Below are positions 1 to 9,866 of a stretch of 64,000 nt of DNA, in pieces. The notes under the pieces are model-generated. The model had not been told where the DNA came from and made no database searches. It saw nothing but the letters and a program-made list of their open reading frames with translations. Positions within the stretch are counted from its first letter, which is position 1. Every line of letters begins with the position of its first letter. The position numbers were made by a program, and so were the translations under genes. The stretch is from Leeuwenhoekiella palythoae (GTDB taxonomy: Bacteria > Bacteroidota > Bacteroidia > Flavobacteriales > Flavobacteriaceae): contig CAXPYI010000003.1 of the NCBI GenBank assembly GCA_964221315.1, positions 226,266 through 290,265 of the forward strand, read 5' to 3'.

Positions 1-613
1 CCGCATCTACTTCGGTTGCACCTCGCTGGATAGCTTCACGAATAGGGATAACACAACCCAAACCACCATCAGCATACTCATAGCCATCTACTTTAGCCAA
101 AGACATAAACGGAATATAATTGCACGAAATCCAGATCCAGTTACAGAATTCCTCATAACTACACTCCTTAATGGACTTATACTCCACCCGATTCATTGAC
201 AGATTTGAAACCGTCACCACAACATCGTGCTTGGTCGCTTTTATTTTTTCGTACTCTTCCCTAGTAAAATTTTCCCTTATGTTTCGTTTTAAGGCTTTAC
301 TTTCTCCAAACGTCCGTTTCATCCTTATGAACTGCCATATGGAATTCACAAAATCTATGGATACAAACTCCCTATCACCCTTTTTGCGCTGCACAAACGG
401 GCTTACACTAAAGATATCCTCTTGTTGAACATTAGTAAAAATATCGTAGAGTTTCGATATATCATTCACGGCCAAATGTGGAACCAACAAACTACCCGTT
501 GAGGTTCCCAAAAACATATCGTAATTGCGTTTTTTGCGCTCCATAAGATATTGCGCCACACCACCAGCGAAAGCACCTTTACTTCCACCACCTGAAATAA
601 CCAATGCTCGCAT
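1..613 (-). CDS. Patatin-like phospholipase (partial; 3' end beyond window start; missing from the ORF track)
   Basis: Manual translation from ATG at 613: MRALVISGGGSKGAFAGG...GTSTG...YADGG, giving the patatin glycine-rich loop, GxSxG and DGG motifs; TAATG overlap with upstream stop. Confidence 0.9.
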   Translation of the reverse strand, partial: MRALVISGGGSKGAFAGGVAQYLMERKKRNYDMFLGTSTGSLLVPHLAVNDISKLYDIFTNVQQEDIFSVSPFVQRKKGDREFVSIDFVNSIWQFIRMKRTFGESKALKRNIRENFTREEYEKIKATKHDVVVTVSNLSMNRVEYKSIKECSYEEFCNWIWISCNYIPFMSLAKVDGYEYADGGLGCVIPIREAIQRGATEVDA

Positions 614-2577
614 TAATTTTTGTTTTGTTGAAGTTTCTCAGACATTTGTTTTGCAAACTTAACCAATCTCCAATTATGATGCGATTTTGCCTGGTCTAAG
701 TTAGAACGACATTTATCGTTGCAGGATTTTATAAGATCTAAGTACTGAAAAGCATTGATGCGCAAATCAGCGTTATGCTGTTGGTTAGTATAACCTACCA
801 ACTCCTCATAGAGCCCTTGTTTACTGTCTGCTTGGTAAAATGGCGTGTTCAGATTGAGAACCAACCATAGAAGCCTTACATTTTTGTCATTAAAACCGTG
901 TATATTTCTAGTTTTAGACAAATATTTGGCACGTTCTTCAGGAAAATTATACCAAAGATTATAAAGTGCATTTTCTATGGTAATATAGGATTTATCGTCT
1001 AGCAAGGTTTCGTATTCCTCTTTTAAATCCTTTGGAATCTGAGTCACATATTTAGAAATGGCCTGACGTACTTTTAGACCATGTCTAAAGGTGTCTGAAG
1101 TCACCAGTTCCGGTACTTGGGAAATAATTTTCACCTTGGCTTCATCAGAAGCATAGTACTTTAGGTATTCTGAGCATTTAGAGGATTTAGTTTCACAATC
1201 GACCATTAAATATTCATTGATATATGAAGATTGATTTTTCAACATGTCAAAAGCCGTATCCACAGGAAAATCTTTTTGTTTGATCCATAGATTAACAAAA
1301 CCCGACAGCGAATTGCCATATAAGCGCTCTACTTCAGAAATAAAATCTGAAGTTTCTACAGTGTCAAATTGATGCTTCTCTAAATAATTCTTGACTGCAT
1401 TTTTAAACACCTTCTCGCCTAACAAAGTTTTTAAGGCATGTAAAACCCACGCACCACGCTGATAAAACGTTAGACTACTCGATTTAGGGTCTAAAAGTGA
1501 TGTACCACTACCAGCAATATCCTGCCTACCCAGATCTACAGCAGACTCATAAAGCTTAAAATAATAATGATTATCGCCAAAAATATCGCGCTCAGCTAAT
1601 AAAGCATAGTAGGTCGCAAAACCTTCTTGTAGCCAATGATGCTCACCAGATGTTGCGGTCACTAAATTCCCAAACCATTGATGCGCCAGTTCGTGCGCAT
1701 TAACATTGATGTAGTTGCGGTCATTAAATCCGATGGAATCGACCACAAAGGCATCTGAGAAAATCGTACAGCTCGTATTTTCCATACCTGCATAGAGAAA
1801 ATCATGCACCGGGACTTGTTTGTAATTCTGCCAGGGATAGGCAAAACCTATTTCCTTCTCGAGAAAATCGAACATTTGTTTAGAGTAACGGTACGTTGGC
1901 TCAACTTTTAGTGAATCCTCAGGATAGTAGTAATACTCTAAAGGGATACCGCTTTCTGAGGTTTCTGTTTTTTTATTGTATTTACCAATAGCCAAAGCGA
2001 CAAGGTAACTAGACATTGGTTTTTGCATATCGTAATACCAGGTAATCGTTGAGTCGTTGATTTGTTTATTAGTTAGTTTGCCATTTGAAAGCATTTCATA
2101 ATCCTTGTTAACAAAACTAATCTGCAAATCAAACTCAATTTTATCATTAACATCGTCAATACTAGGCAACCAGTTGCTTGTGTATTTCCCCTGTCCCTGG
2201 GTCCAGATTTGAGGTTTCTCATTTTTATTCACAAAGTATAAAGCCTTTCTTGGTCTAACATCGTATTTAAAGGACAGTTCGTGTTTCTCACCGGCTTCGA
2301 AACGACTTATAAACCACAACTTTTCGCCATCATATTTATAATTTATACTGTCATGGTCGTATTCTTCAAACTGAAAATTCATTTCTTTAGCATCCAAATA
2401 GACAGAATCAACAGGTTTCAAAATTTTAAATTTAACCTTACTTCTTCCCCAGATTTTCAACGAATCAGCATTAACAATTATATCTGAATCTATTTTTTCA
2501 AAATCCACATAATCCGTTTGCTGAGCAAAGGCATTACTCATTGTGAAAAAGGATAAAACAACAAAAATTCTTTTCAT
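613..2577 (-). CDS. M1 family zinc aminopeptidase, secreted
   Basis: Signal peptide; AGMEN exopeptidase motif, HELAH (HExxH) and downstream WLQEG. Confidence 0.92.
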   Translation of the reverse strand: MKRIFVVLSFFTMSNAFAQQTDYVDFEKIDSDIIVNADSLKIWGRSKVKFKILKPVDSVYLDAKEMNFQFEEYDHDSINYKYDGEKLWFISRFEAGEKHELSFKYDVRPRKALYFVNKNEKPQIWTQGQGKYTSNWLPSIDDVNDKIEFDLQISFVNKDYEMLSNGKLTNKQINDSTITWYYDMQKPMSSYLVALAIGKYNKKTETSESGIPLEYYYYPEDSLKVEPTYRYSKQMFDFLEKEIGFAYPWQNYKQVPVHDFLYAGMENTSCTIFSDAFVVDSIGFNDRNYINVNAHELAHQWFGNLVTATSGEHHWLQEGFATYYALLAERDIFGDNHYYFKLYESAVDLGRQDIAGSGTSLLDPKSSSLTFYQRGAWVLHALKTLLGEKVFKNAVKNYLEKHQFDTVETSDFISEVERLYGNSLSGFVNLWIKQKDFPVDTAFDMLKNQSSYINEYLMVDCETKSSKCSEYLKYYASDEAKVKIISQVPELVTSDTFRHGLKVRQAISKYVTQIPKDLKEEYETLLDDKSYITIENALYNLWYNFPEERAKYLSKTRNIHGFNDKNVRLLWLVLNLNTPFYQADSKQGLYEELVGYTNQQHNADLRINAFQYLDLIKSCNDKCRSNLDQAKSHHNWRLVKFAKQMSEKLQQNKN

Positions 2578-2650
2578 ATTTAGATGTAAACAAGAATGAG
2601 ACCAAAATACAATTTTCTGCCATTATTACGAAGGCAGGAACCTAAAACGT

Positions 2651-2678
2651 GAGATTCTTCGCTGCGCTCTGAATGACA
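2651..2678. repeat. REP-like short palindromic element
   Basis: GAGATTCTTCGCTGCGCTCTGAATGACA; related copies at 41866 and 60740. Confidence 0.65.
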
Positions 2679-2725
2679 TCCCAAAGTGATTCTTTTCTTC
2701 ACAGGAATTAATTAAATTCGCAATT

Positions 2726-4828
2726 ATGAGTGTGAACTTACAAACACCTATCGACTACCTTAAAGGCGTTGGTCCAAACCGAGCAGATTTGTTGCGCTCA
2801 GAGTTAGGTATTCACACTTATCAAGACTTGATTAATCTGTTTCCCAATCGCTATATTGATCGTACCAAACACTATAAGATCAATCAGTTACAACGCAACA
2901 ATGCTGAAGTTCAGGTTGTTGGCACTATCACTGGTTTTAGGGAAGTCGCACAAAAACGAGGTAAACGCTTGGTTGCCGATTTTAAAGACGACACAGGCAC
3001 AATGGAACTCGTTTGGTTTCGTGGCCAAAAATGGATTAGGGAAAATCTTAAGATCGGTAAACCTTATGTAGCCTTTGGAAAAGCCAATTGGTTCAATGGC
3101 AGATTCAGTATGCCGCACCCAGAACTTGAATTACAAGCCGAGCATGAGAGTAATTTACGCTCAGCGATGCAGTCCATATACCCTTCAACAGAAAAACTGT
3201 CCAACAAAGGCATTAGCAACAGAGTGGTATCCAAAATAATGCAACAATTATTTTTGGAAACCAGAGATAAGTTTGCGGAAACCTTACCCGAGTCCATTAA
3301 AGGGGAATTGAAATTATTGGGTAAATCTGAGGCACTTTTTAACGTCCATTTTCCGAAGTCACCAGAATTACTTTCAAGAGCTCAGTTTCGGTTGAAATTT
3401 GAAGAATTATTTTATATCCAATTACAATTAATTTTAAAAAACCTCATTCACAAATCCAAGATAAAAGGTCTAATTTTTGAACAAGTCGGAGACTACTTCA
3501 ATACATTTTACAATGAGCATTTACCCTTTGAATTGACCAACGCACAAAAACGTGTTTTAAAAGAAATTCGATCGGATTTAGGCAGCAATGCCCAGATGAA
3601 CCGACTTTTACAAGGTGATGTAGGTTCTGGAAAAACTATAGTTGCATTTATGTCAATGCTTATGGGACTTGACAACGATTTTCAATGCTGTCTAATGGCG
3701 CCAACTGAAATTTTGTCAGTTCAACACTATAACGGATTACAAGAACGGTGTAATAAATTGAATATCAGTATTTCACTATTAACTGGTTCAAGTAAAACTT
3801 CAGAACGTAGAGAAATCCATGAAAATCTCGAAAATGGTAATTTACATATCTTGGTTGGTACGCATGCCCTGCTCGAAGATAAGGTAAAATTTAAGAATTT
3901 AGGTCTCGCTATTATTGATGAACAACATCGCTTTGGAGTGAAACAAAGATCAAAATTGTGGCACAAAAATGAGTTGCCTCCGAATATACTTGTGATGACC
4001 GCTACTCCAATCCCGAGAACTTTAGCCATGTCCGTTTATGGTGATTTGGATATCTCGGTTATTGATGAATTACCCGCTGGAAGAAAGCCGATAAAAACGG
4101 TACATCGCTATGACAATAATCGACTTAAAGTCTTTCGGTTTATGAAAGATGAAATTGCCAAGGGCAGACAGATTTATGTCGTCTATCCCTTGATACAGGA
4201 AAGTGAAGCGTTGGACTATAAAGATTTAATGGATGGCTATGAAAGTATATCGCGCGAATTCCCAATGCCTGATTATCAGATTTCCATAGTTCATGGTAAA
4301 ATGAAAGCAGATGACAAAGATTACGAGATGCAGCGCTTTGCAGAAGGTAAAACCAATATTATGGTTGCCACTACCGTAATTGAGGTTGGTGTTAATGTGC
4401 CGAATGCCTCTGTTATGGTTATTGAAAGCGCGGAACGCTTCGGTTTATCTCAGTTACACCAACTACGTGGTCGTGTTGGTCGCGGTGCAGAACAAAGTTA
4501 TTGTATTTTAATGACGAGCCATAAACTCAGTCAGGATAGTAAAACTCGATTGGAAACCATGGTGCGCAGTAGTGATGGTTTTGAAATTGCAGAAGTGGAT
4601 TTAAAATTGCGTGGACCAGGTGATATTATGGGCACACAGCAAAGTGGTGTTTTAAATCTTAGGATTGCAGACATTGTAAAGGATAAAGATATTTTAGAAC
4701 AAGCCAGATATTACGCCAAGTCGGTTTTAAAATTGGATCCGAGTTTGGCTTTGCCTGAACATAAGGTGATTTTGAGCACTTACAGGCAGATGAGTAAGTA
4801 TCGTAATATTTGGAATTATATTAGTTGA
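2726..4828 (+). CDS. recG: ATP-dependent DNA helicase RecG
   Basis: Wedge domain, QGDVGSGKT, DEQH, ATTVIEVG, QLRGRVGRG, RGPG motifs; 700 aa. Confidence 0.98.
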   Translation: MSVNLQTPIDYLKGVGPNRADLLRSELGIHTYQDLINLFPNRYIDRTKHYKINQLQRNNAEVQVVGTITGFREVAQKRGKRLVADFKDDTGTMELVWFRGQKWIRENLKIGKPYVAFGKANWFNGRFSMPHPELELQAEHESNLRSAMQSIYPSTEKLSNKGISNRVVSKIMQQLFLETRDKFAETLPESIKGELKLLGKSEALFNVHFPKSPELLSRAQFRLKFEELFYIQLQLILKNLIHKSKIKGLIFEQVGDYFNTFYNEHLPFELTNAQKRVLKEIRSDLGSNAQMNRLLQGDVGSGKTIVAFMSMLMGLDNDFQCCLMAPTEILSVQHYNGLQERCNKLNISISLLTGSSKTSERREIHENLENGNLHILVGTHALLEDKVKFKNLGLAIIDEQHRFGVKQRSKLWHKNELPPNILVMTATPIPRTLAMSVYGDLDISVIDELPAGRKPIKTVHRYDNNRLKVFRFMKDEIAKGRQIYVVYPLIQESEALDYKDLMDGYESISREFPMPDYQISIVHGKMKADDKDYEMQRFAEGKTNIMVATTVIEVGVNVPNASVMVIESAERFGLSQLHQLRGRVGRGAEQSYCILMTSHKLSQDSKTRLETMVRSSDGFEIAEVDLKLRGPGDIMGTQQSGVLNLRIADIVKDKDILEQARYYAKSVLKLDPSLALPEHKVILSTYRQMSKYRNIWNYIS

Positions 4829-4881
4829 ATTAAACCTTGCCTACCTTTGTTGGTGTTTTCCACCAAGGAGCTCAGGGCAAG

Positions 4882-4948
4882 AAAAAAAGGCCTGGCACCA
4901 ACAACAACCAGACCTTTAAAACACAACTGTACGTGTTTTTGCTGATGA
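4882..4948 (-). ncRNA. Candidate two-hairpin small RNA
   Basis: Minus strand: AAAAACAC-loop-GTGTTTT hairpin, then AAAGGTCTGG-loop-CCAGGCCTTT plus U-tract; no ORF. Confidence 0.3.
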
Positions 4949-5054
4949 AATACAAATTTTGTACACCACAAATTACTCCCATAATAAAAGCAAGCTTGTT
5001 AGAAAGTTGTTAAAGCGTACTGACATTCTGTTAATTAACGTATTGTTAAGACAT

Positions 5055-5080
5055 AAAAAAAAGGTGCTTTCGCACCTTTT
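5055..5080 (-). terminator. Intrinsic terminator of pmp3-SDR-pfpI operon
   Basis: AAAAGGTGC-TTTC-GCACCTTTT hairpin with A-run (U-tract on minus strand). Confidence 0.75.
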
Positions 5081-5100
5081 ATAAGTTAATAATTTTAAGA

Positions 5101-5661
5101 TTAGGCAGTTTGTTCCTCGTGTTTACCTTCGTAAACTTCTTCCACCAATTTAGCGTTGAATGCTGGTAAGTCGTCAGGATTTCTACTTGTCACCAATCCT
5201 TCGTCCACAACTACTTCTTCATCGACCCAATTGGCTCCTGCGTTAATTAAATCTGTTTTTATAGAATCATAAGAGGTTACTTTTCTACCTTCAATCACTC
5301 CAGCTTCGGCCAATAACCAAGGCGCATGACAAATCGCTGCAACGGGTTTATGCGCTTCAAAAAATGATCTTACAAAGGCTACTGCGTTTTTATCTTTTCG
5401 CAGTACATCTGGATTTATCTGTCCACCCGGCAATACCAAAGCATTGTAATCCTTTTGGTTCACTTCACTTAAAGTCTTATCTACTTTATATGAATTGCTC
5501 CAATTACCGTCGTTCCAACCTTTGATTTCACCAGATTCCAATGATACGATATGCACATCGGCACCAGCTTTTTCCAAGGCTTTTTTTGGCTCTCTTAATT
5601 CACTTTCCTCAAATCCGTTTGTTGCTAAAATTGCTACTGTTTTTTTATTTAAATTTTCCAT
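5101..5661 (-). CDS. PfpI/DJ-1 family type 1 glutamine amidotransferase-like protein
   Basis: GFEESE, LPGG, AICHAP nucleophile elbow, VTSRNPDDL. Confidence 0.93.
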   Translation of the reverse strand: MENLNKKTVAILATNGFEESELREPKKALEKAGADVHIVSLESGEIKGWNDGNWSNSYKVDKTLSEVNQKDYNALVLPGGQINPDVLRKDKNAVAFVRSFFEAHKPVAAICHAPWLLAEAGVIEGRKVTSYDSIKTDLINAGANWVDEEVVVDEGLVTSRNPDDLPAFNAKLVEEVYEGKHEEQTA

Positions 5662-5736
5662 TATATTTTTTTGTTTAATTATTCGTTATTCGATTAAATT
5701 CTTCATTCGTTATAGTCTTTCATATATAGGGTAAAC

Positions 5737-6378
5737 CTAATTAACAATTGTATTTAGGTTATTTATAGCATCTCCAATAAGTGTATCACCTTCTAAAATT
5801 TCGAAAGTCACATTATAAGGAGCATCATCATGCAGGGCTCTTACGAGTGTTTGAGCCACATCTGCCCTACTGATCTCACCCTTTTTGTTTAATTTTTCTC
5901 TAAGCTCAATTTTTCCCTTTCCGTCGAAATTATTTAAAGTTCCTGGTCTTACGATGGTATATTTTAGACCACTGCTCTTAAGATGTTCATCGGCATTTTG
6001 CTTGGCTTTCATGTAATCCTTCAAGTCATCGACCGCATCTGGGTTATCAGCTCCCATGGAGCTTAACATTACAAATCGATTGACGTGCGCCATTTTTGAA
6101 ACTGCCATTAAGCGCTTTGCGCCTTCCTGATCGACCTCAACAACGTTTTTACCTCCAGAGCCTGCTGCAAAAATTACTTTATCAATGTTGCTTACAGCAT
6201 GCGTTAAATTTTCGGTCAAATCTGCTAAAACAGTATCTATACCTTCCTCATTAAATTCTTCTAACTGCTCTTCCTTTCTTACCATCGCAATTGGATTGAA
6301 ATACTGGGAGGACTTTAAAAGTTTAACCACCTGTTTTCCTGTGGTACCGTTGGCACCTGCTACTAATACGTTCTCCAT
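5737..6378 (-). CDS. SDR-like NAD(P)H-binding oxidoreductase
   Basis: GANGTTG Rossmann motif, YxxxK (YMKAK), TIVRPG. Confidence 0.88.
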   Translation of the reverse strand: MENVLVAGANGTTGKQVVKLLKSSQYFNPIAMVRKEEQLEEFNEEGIDTVLADLTENLTHAVSNIDKVIFAAGSGGKNVVEVDQEGAKRLMAVSKMAHVNRFVMLSSMGADNPDAVDDLKDYMKAKQNADEHLKSSGLKYTIVRPGTLNNFDGKGKIELREKLNKKGEISRADVAQTLVRALHDDAPYNVTFEILEGDTLIGDAINNLNTIVN

Positions 6379-6380
6379 AA

Positions 6381-6533
6381 TTATCCGTTAACGATAAATG
6401 CATGAATCACACCTGGCAACCAAGCCAATAAGGTGAGTAGCACACTGATTAAAAATGTAGTTCCCAAACCGTGTTTTAGAAATACGGCTAATGGTGGTAA
6501 TAGTATATTTAAAATGATAGTTAATAATGACAT
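6381..6533 (-). CDS. YqaE/Pmp3 family small membrane protein (50 aa)
   Basis: ILLPPLAV...LAWLPGVIHA signature; start moved to the second ATG of the tracked ORF. Confidence 0.9.
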   Translation of the reverse strand: MSLLTIILNILLPPLAVFLKHGLGTTFLISVLLTLLAWLPGVIHAFIVNG

Positions 6534-6681
6534 GATATTATTTGTTTTGTTTCTTTCAAATATAATTGACATTACAGCCTATGTTTTGTCATAAAGAATT
6601 AAATCTTAACGCATATTAATTATTCAACGAGTTTGTTACCTCATTACAAAATTTTATTTTAGTCCAATAACCAACATCACC

Positions 6682-8076
6682 ATGCTCACCAAACTCGGTC
6701 AAAGATTTACAGACGGTTTTACCAAATACATGCCTAGCGCATATGTTTTTGCGCTGATCTTAACGATATTAACTGCTTTACTTGCTTTGCTATTTACTGA
6801 GAGCAAGCCCATACAAGTATTAGAAGGTTGGTATGGAGGCTTTTGGAACCTGCTATCCTTTGGGATGCAAATTGTTCTTATCATTATTACAGCCTATTGT
6901 ATTGCGCAATCACCATTGGTAAAAAAAGGCATTGACCAATTGGCAAGATGGATAAAAACACCGACTCAAGTATATCTTATCATTATTGCGCTTGGTTCAC
7001 TGCTATCGCTAATTAGTTTTGGTATGGTGGTCGTTACTGCGATTTTAGGGCGCGAACTCGCATTACGTATCAAAGGCATCCATTACCCTTTTTTGGTGGC
7101 TTGTGTGTATTTTTCTTTTAATGGTTGGGTTTGTGGCTTGTCGAGTTCGATTGCGCTTTTGCTAAATACGGAAAACAATTTTTTAATCGAAAGCGGTGTC
7201 CTTAACAATACCATTTCTACAAGTTACAGTTTAGGCTCCAATCTTAACCTTGCCATGATTGTCGTGTTTGTGGTAGTGGCTCCAATCTTGATTTGGCTAT
7301 TGATTCCGAAATCCTTTGAAGGCAAAGAACTCAAGGATCTACAAACGTCTCTGGATGATGAGGAAAGCTCGGTAAAAATGGAAGCACTATCCTATAAGTT
7401 ACCATTTAAAGCCGTCTCTGATGCACTTAATAACGCTGGCTGGTTGCAGATTGGAGTAGCGCTATTAGGAGTGATTTATATTATCTATCATTTTGCGACT
7501 AAGGGTTTTGACCTCAACTTTAACATCATGATATTTATATTCTTGATTGTTGGTATGCTACTGCACATCACTCCGATGCGCTACAGTATTGCCATGAAAC
7601 GCGCCAGCTCCAATATTTCAGGGGTCCTGTTTCAATATCCGTTTTATGCAGGCATCATGGGCATTATGATGACATCTGGTTTGGGCGAAAAAATCTCTAA
7701 TGTCTTGGTCTCAATTGCAACAGCAGAATCCTATGCGTTTATATCTTATCTTACAGGCGGTGTGATTAATTTTGCGATTCCTTCTGCAGGTGGTGAGTTT
7801 GCAGTCATTGGCCCAAGTATTATTACCATGGTACAAGACCTTGGTGCAAACCTCCCTCCTACCGAGACCACAGCCATGATTGCGAGAGCCTCTATGTCTG
7901 TAGCTTATGGAGAAAGCCTTAGCAATTTATTGCAACCTTTCTTTTTATTGATTGTATTCCCAGTTATGGGTAAAGGCATTAAAATACAAGCAAGGGATGT
8001 GGTAGGGTATTTATTTATTCCTTTTGTAGTGTTGTTTGTGATACAAGCGTTAATGGTCACTTATATCCCATTTTAA
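6682..8076 (+). CDS. Short-chain fatty acid transporter family (AtoE-like)
   Basis: Multi-TM; GFWNLLSFGMQ, FQYPFYAGIMG, PSAGGEF, NLLQPF resemble AtoE/TIGR00366. Confidence 0.85.
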   Translation: MLTKLGQRFTDGFTKYMPSAYVFALILTILTALLALLFTESKPIQVLEGWYGGFWNLLSFGMQIVLIIITAYCIAQSPLVKKGIDQLARWIKTPTQVYLIIIALGSLLSLISFGMVVVTAILGRELALRIKGIHYPFLVACVYFSFNGWVCGLSSSIALLLNTENNFLIESGVLNNTISTSYSLGSNLNLAMIVVFVVVAPILIWLLIPKSFEGKELKDLQTSLDDEESSVKMEALSYKLPFKAVSDALNNAGWLQIGVALLGVIYIIYHFATKGFDLNFNIMIFIFLIVGMLLHITPMRYSIAMKRASSNISGVLFQYPFYAGIMGIMMTSGLGEKISNVLVSIATAESYAFISYLTGGVINFAIPSAGGEFAVIGPSIITMVQDLGANLPPTETTAMIARASMSVAYGESLSNLLQPFFLLIVFPVMGKGIKIQARDVVGYLFIPFVVLFVIQALMVTYIPF

Positions 8077-8086
8077 CTCATTTGGT

Positions 8087-8728
8087 ATGGAAGTTGGCAA
8101 AAACACTATGTACTACAAATATAAATGGCTTAAGAACATTTTTAAAAACGGGCTTTTCTGGCAGGGTTTAAGAAATAGACTAGCCAGAGTAGGCATTGAT
8201 ATTATGCCCTACTATTGGGAAATTGGATCCACAAACATAGACCAGCCTCAAATAAGAGATGATGCCGCAAAATATAAGGTATCTCTCTTTGGCGAAAAAG
8301 AATTAATCTTTGCTAAAAACAAAATTATAGGTATTCAGCATAAAGATCTTTTACTTGACTTAAAAAATGGTGATACCTGTTTAGGTATTAAAAAGAATGG
8401 AGAAATTTCGATTTATACCTTTATAAAACATGAGAGTTTTGAGTTTAGAAATCGCCATTTTTATATACAACCCAATGAAGGTTATGTGCACAATACCTAC
8501 ACTTTTGAAGCGTATCGAGGTCTAAATTTAGCACCATATTTACGATACCAATGCTATCAATATTTAAAAGACAAAGGAATTACTACTTATTATAGTATCA
8601 GTGAATATTTTAACAAACCTACATTGAGATACAAACAAAAATTACAGGTTAAGCCTTTGAAACTTTATTTAAGTATTATTTTATTTAAAAAATGGTCTTT
8701 CAATTATACCCTAAAAACATATAAGTAA
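8087..8728 (+). CDS. GNAT-fold acyltransferase-like protein
   Basis: C-terminal YTFEAYRGLNLA resembles acyl-CoA binding motif A. Confidence 0.55.
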   Translation: MEVGKNTMYYKYKWLKNIFKNGLFWQGLRNRLARVGIDIMPYYWEIGSTNIDQPQIRDDAAKYKVSLFGEKELIFAKNKIIGIQHKDLLLDLKNGDTCLGIKKNGEISIYTFIKHESFEFRNRHFYIQPNEGYVHNTYTFEAYRGLNLAPYLRYQCYQYLKDKGITTYYSISEYFNKPTLRYKQKLQVKPLKLYLSIILFKKWSFNYTLKTYK

Positions 8729-8748
8729 CATACGACAAAAACAGATAA

Positions 8749-9480
8749 TCAAGTTTTTATGGTTTTGTTTTGATTAAATCTGTTAACATCCTCTAACACT
8801 TTTTTAATACGTATTTTTTTAAGGATAACCTTGGTGATGAACCTATTTAATCGATCTGGTAGAAATGGCAGTGGACGTAGTAAATCTATAATGAGTACTG
8901 CTCTACTTTCTTCTGCCGTATTCATCACTTCGTGCTCCCATGTATCATCAAACAGAATGCTCTCTTTTTCTTTCCAAGTATATAAGTGATCTTTAATTCG
9001 AATTTGAGGAGGATTTTTCTGCGGAACCTTAAGCCCTAAATGGTATCTCAGATATCCTCTATAAGGACCACAATGTGCCGGAATCGATTTGCCAGGTTCT
9101 AGGATAGAAAAAAACACTTTGTAAATATTTGGTGAATTTTTGACAAGATTACAGATAAAGGGACAAAGTTTTTTGGCAATCTCTGGTGTTTCACCTGAAT
9201 AATGTAACATAAACACTTTCCATTTTACATGCGGTGCTACTTTGCCCGAAATAGCATATTGCCTTTGCTCTATTTCATGATAGGCCGGAATATTAGAATG
9301 TTGCAATACATTTTCAAATTCGGCTTTTATATTATCATAATTATCTTCAAGTATTAATAACTCTGGAAATGTTTTGTAAGTATCAAAAACCACTGGCCTT
9401 GTCTGACCACCGTCAAATTGGCTAATCACTCTATTACCAATAGCCATTGACAAGTTAATTATTTTGTTCTTTATTTTCAT
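8749..9480 (-). CDS. Aspartyl/asparaginyl beta-hydroxylase domain protein (Fe/2OG dioxygenase)
   Basis: FSILEPGKSIPAHCGPYRGYLRYHLGL and FDDTWEH motifs. Confidence 0.88.
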   Translation of the reverse strand: MKIKNKIINLSMAIGNRVISQFDGGQTRPVVFDTYKTFPELLILEDNYDNIKAEFENVLQHSNIPAYHEIEQRQYAISGKVAPHVKWKVFMLHYSGETPEIAKKLCPFICNLVKNSPNIYKVFFSILEPGKSIPAHCGPYRGYLRYHLGLKVPQKNPPQIRIKDHLYTWKEKESILFDDTWEHEVMNTAEESRAVLIIDLLRPLPFLPDRLNRFITKVILKKIRIKKVLEDVNRFNQNKTIKT

Positions 9481-9866
9481 ACTTGAAGCAATTTAACTTT
9501 TTTTTGCTTGTAACCCACCAACAAAGCTCTCAAATTCCATTTTAAATTCTTCATACTTTTTACCAGTTGCCGTACAGTTAAAGCCTGAATGTATTGCACG
9601 GACTTTTAAACAGGACCAACACAAAACTAACAACCTAAACTTAGCGACATTAAATTCACCCAAAGGCAAACTAAAACCTTATTGCATAGTGTATTAAAAG
9701 CTTTTGAAATGCACTTCAAAGATAATATAGGCAACCTTCATTCCTTTAAAGAGTAATTCTATACTTACATCGATATTTAAAAAGTAAGTTACCAAAGTTT
9801 ATTTTTAACAGTTATTTTTATCGCACAAATCTAGATGCAATATATTTTGCATAAAACCAATTAACC

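Noticed and set aside
171-428. 85-aa plus-strand ORF
   Set aside because: Antisense to a clear patatin gene that the track missed
4997-5049. Clustered TGTTAA/TGTTAG hexamers (4997, 5008, 5029, 5044; also near 15994 and 39858) as regulator sites
   Set aside because: The hexamer is frequent by chance at this AT content and spacing is inconsistent; needs motif statistics
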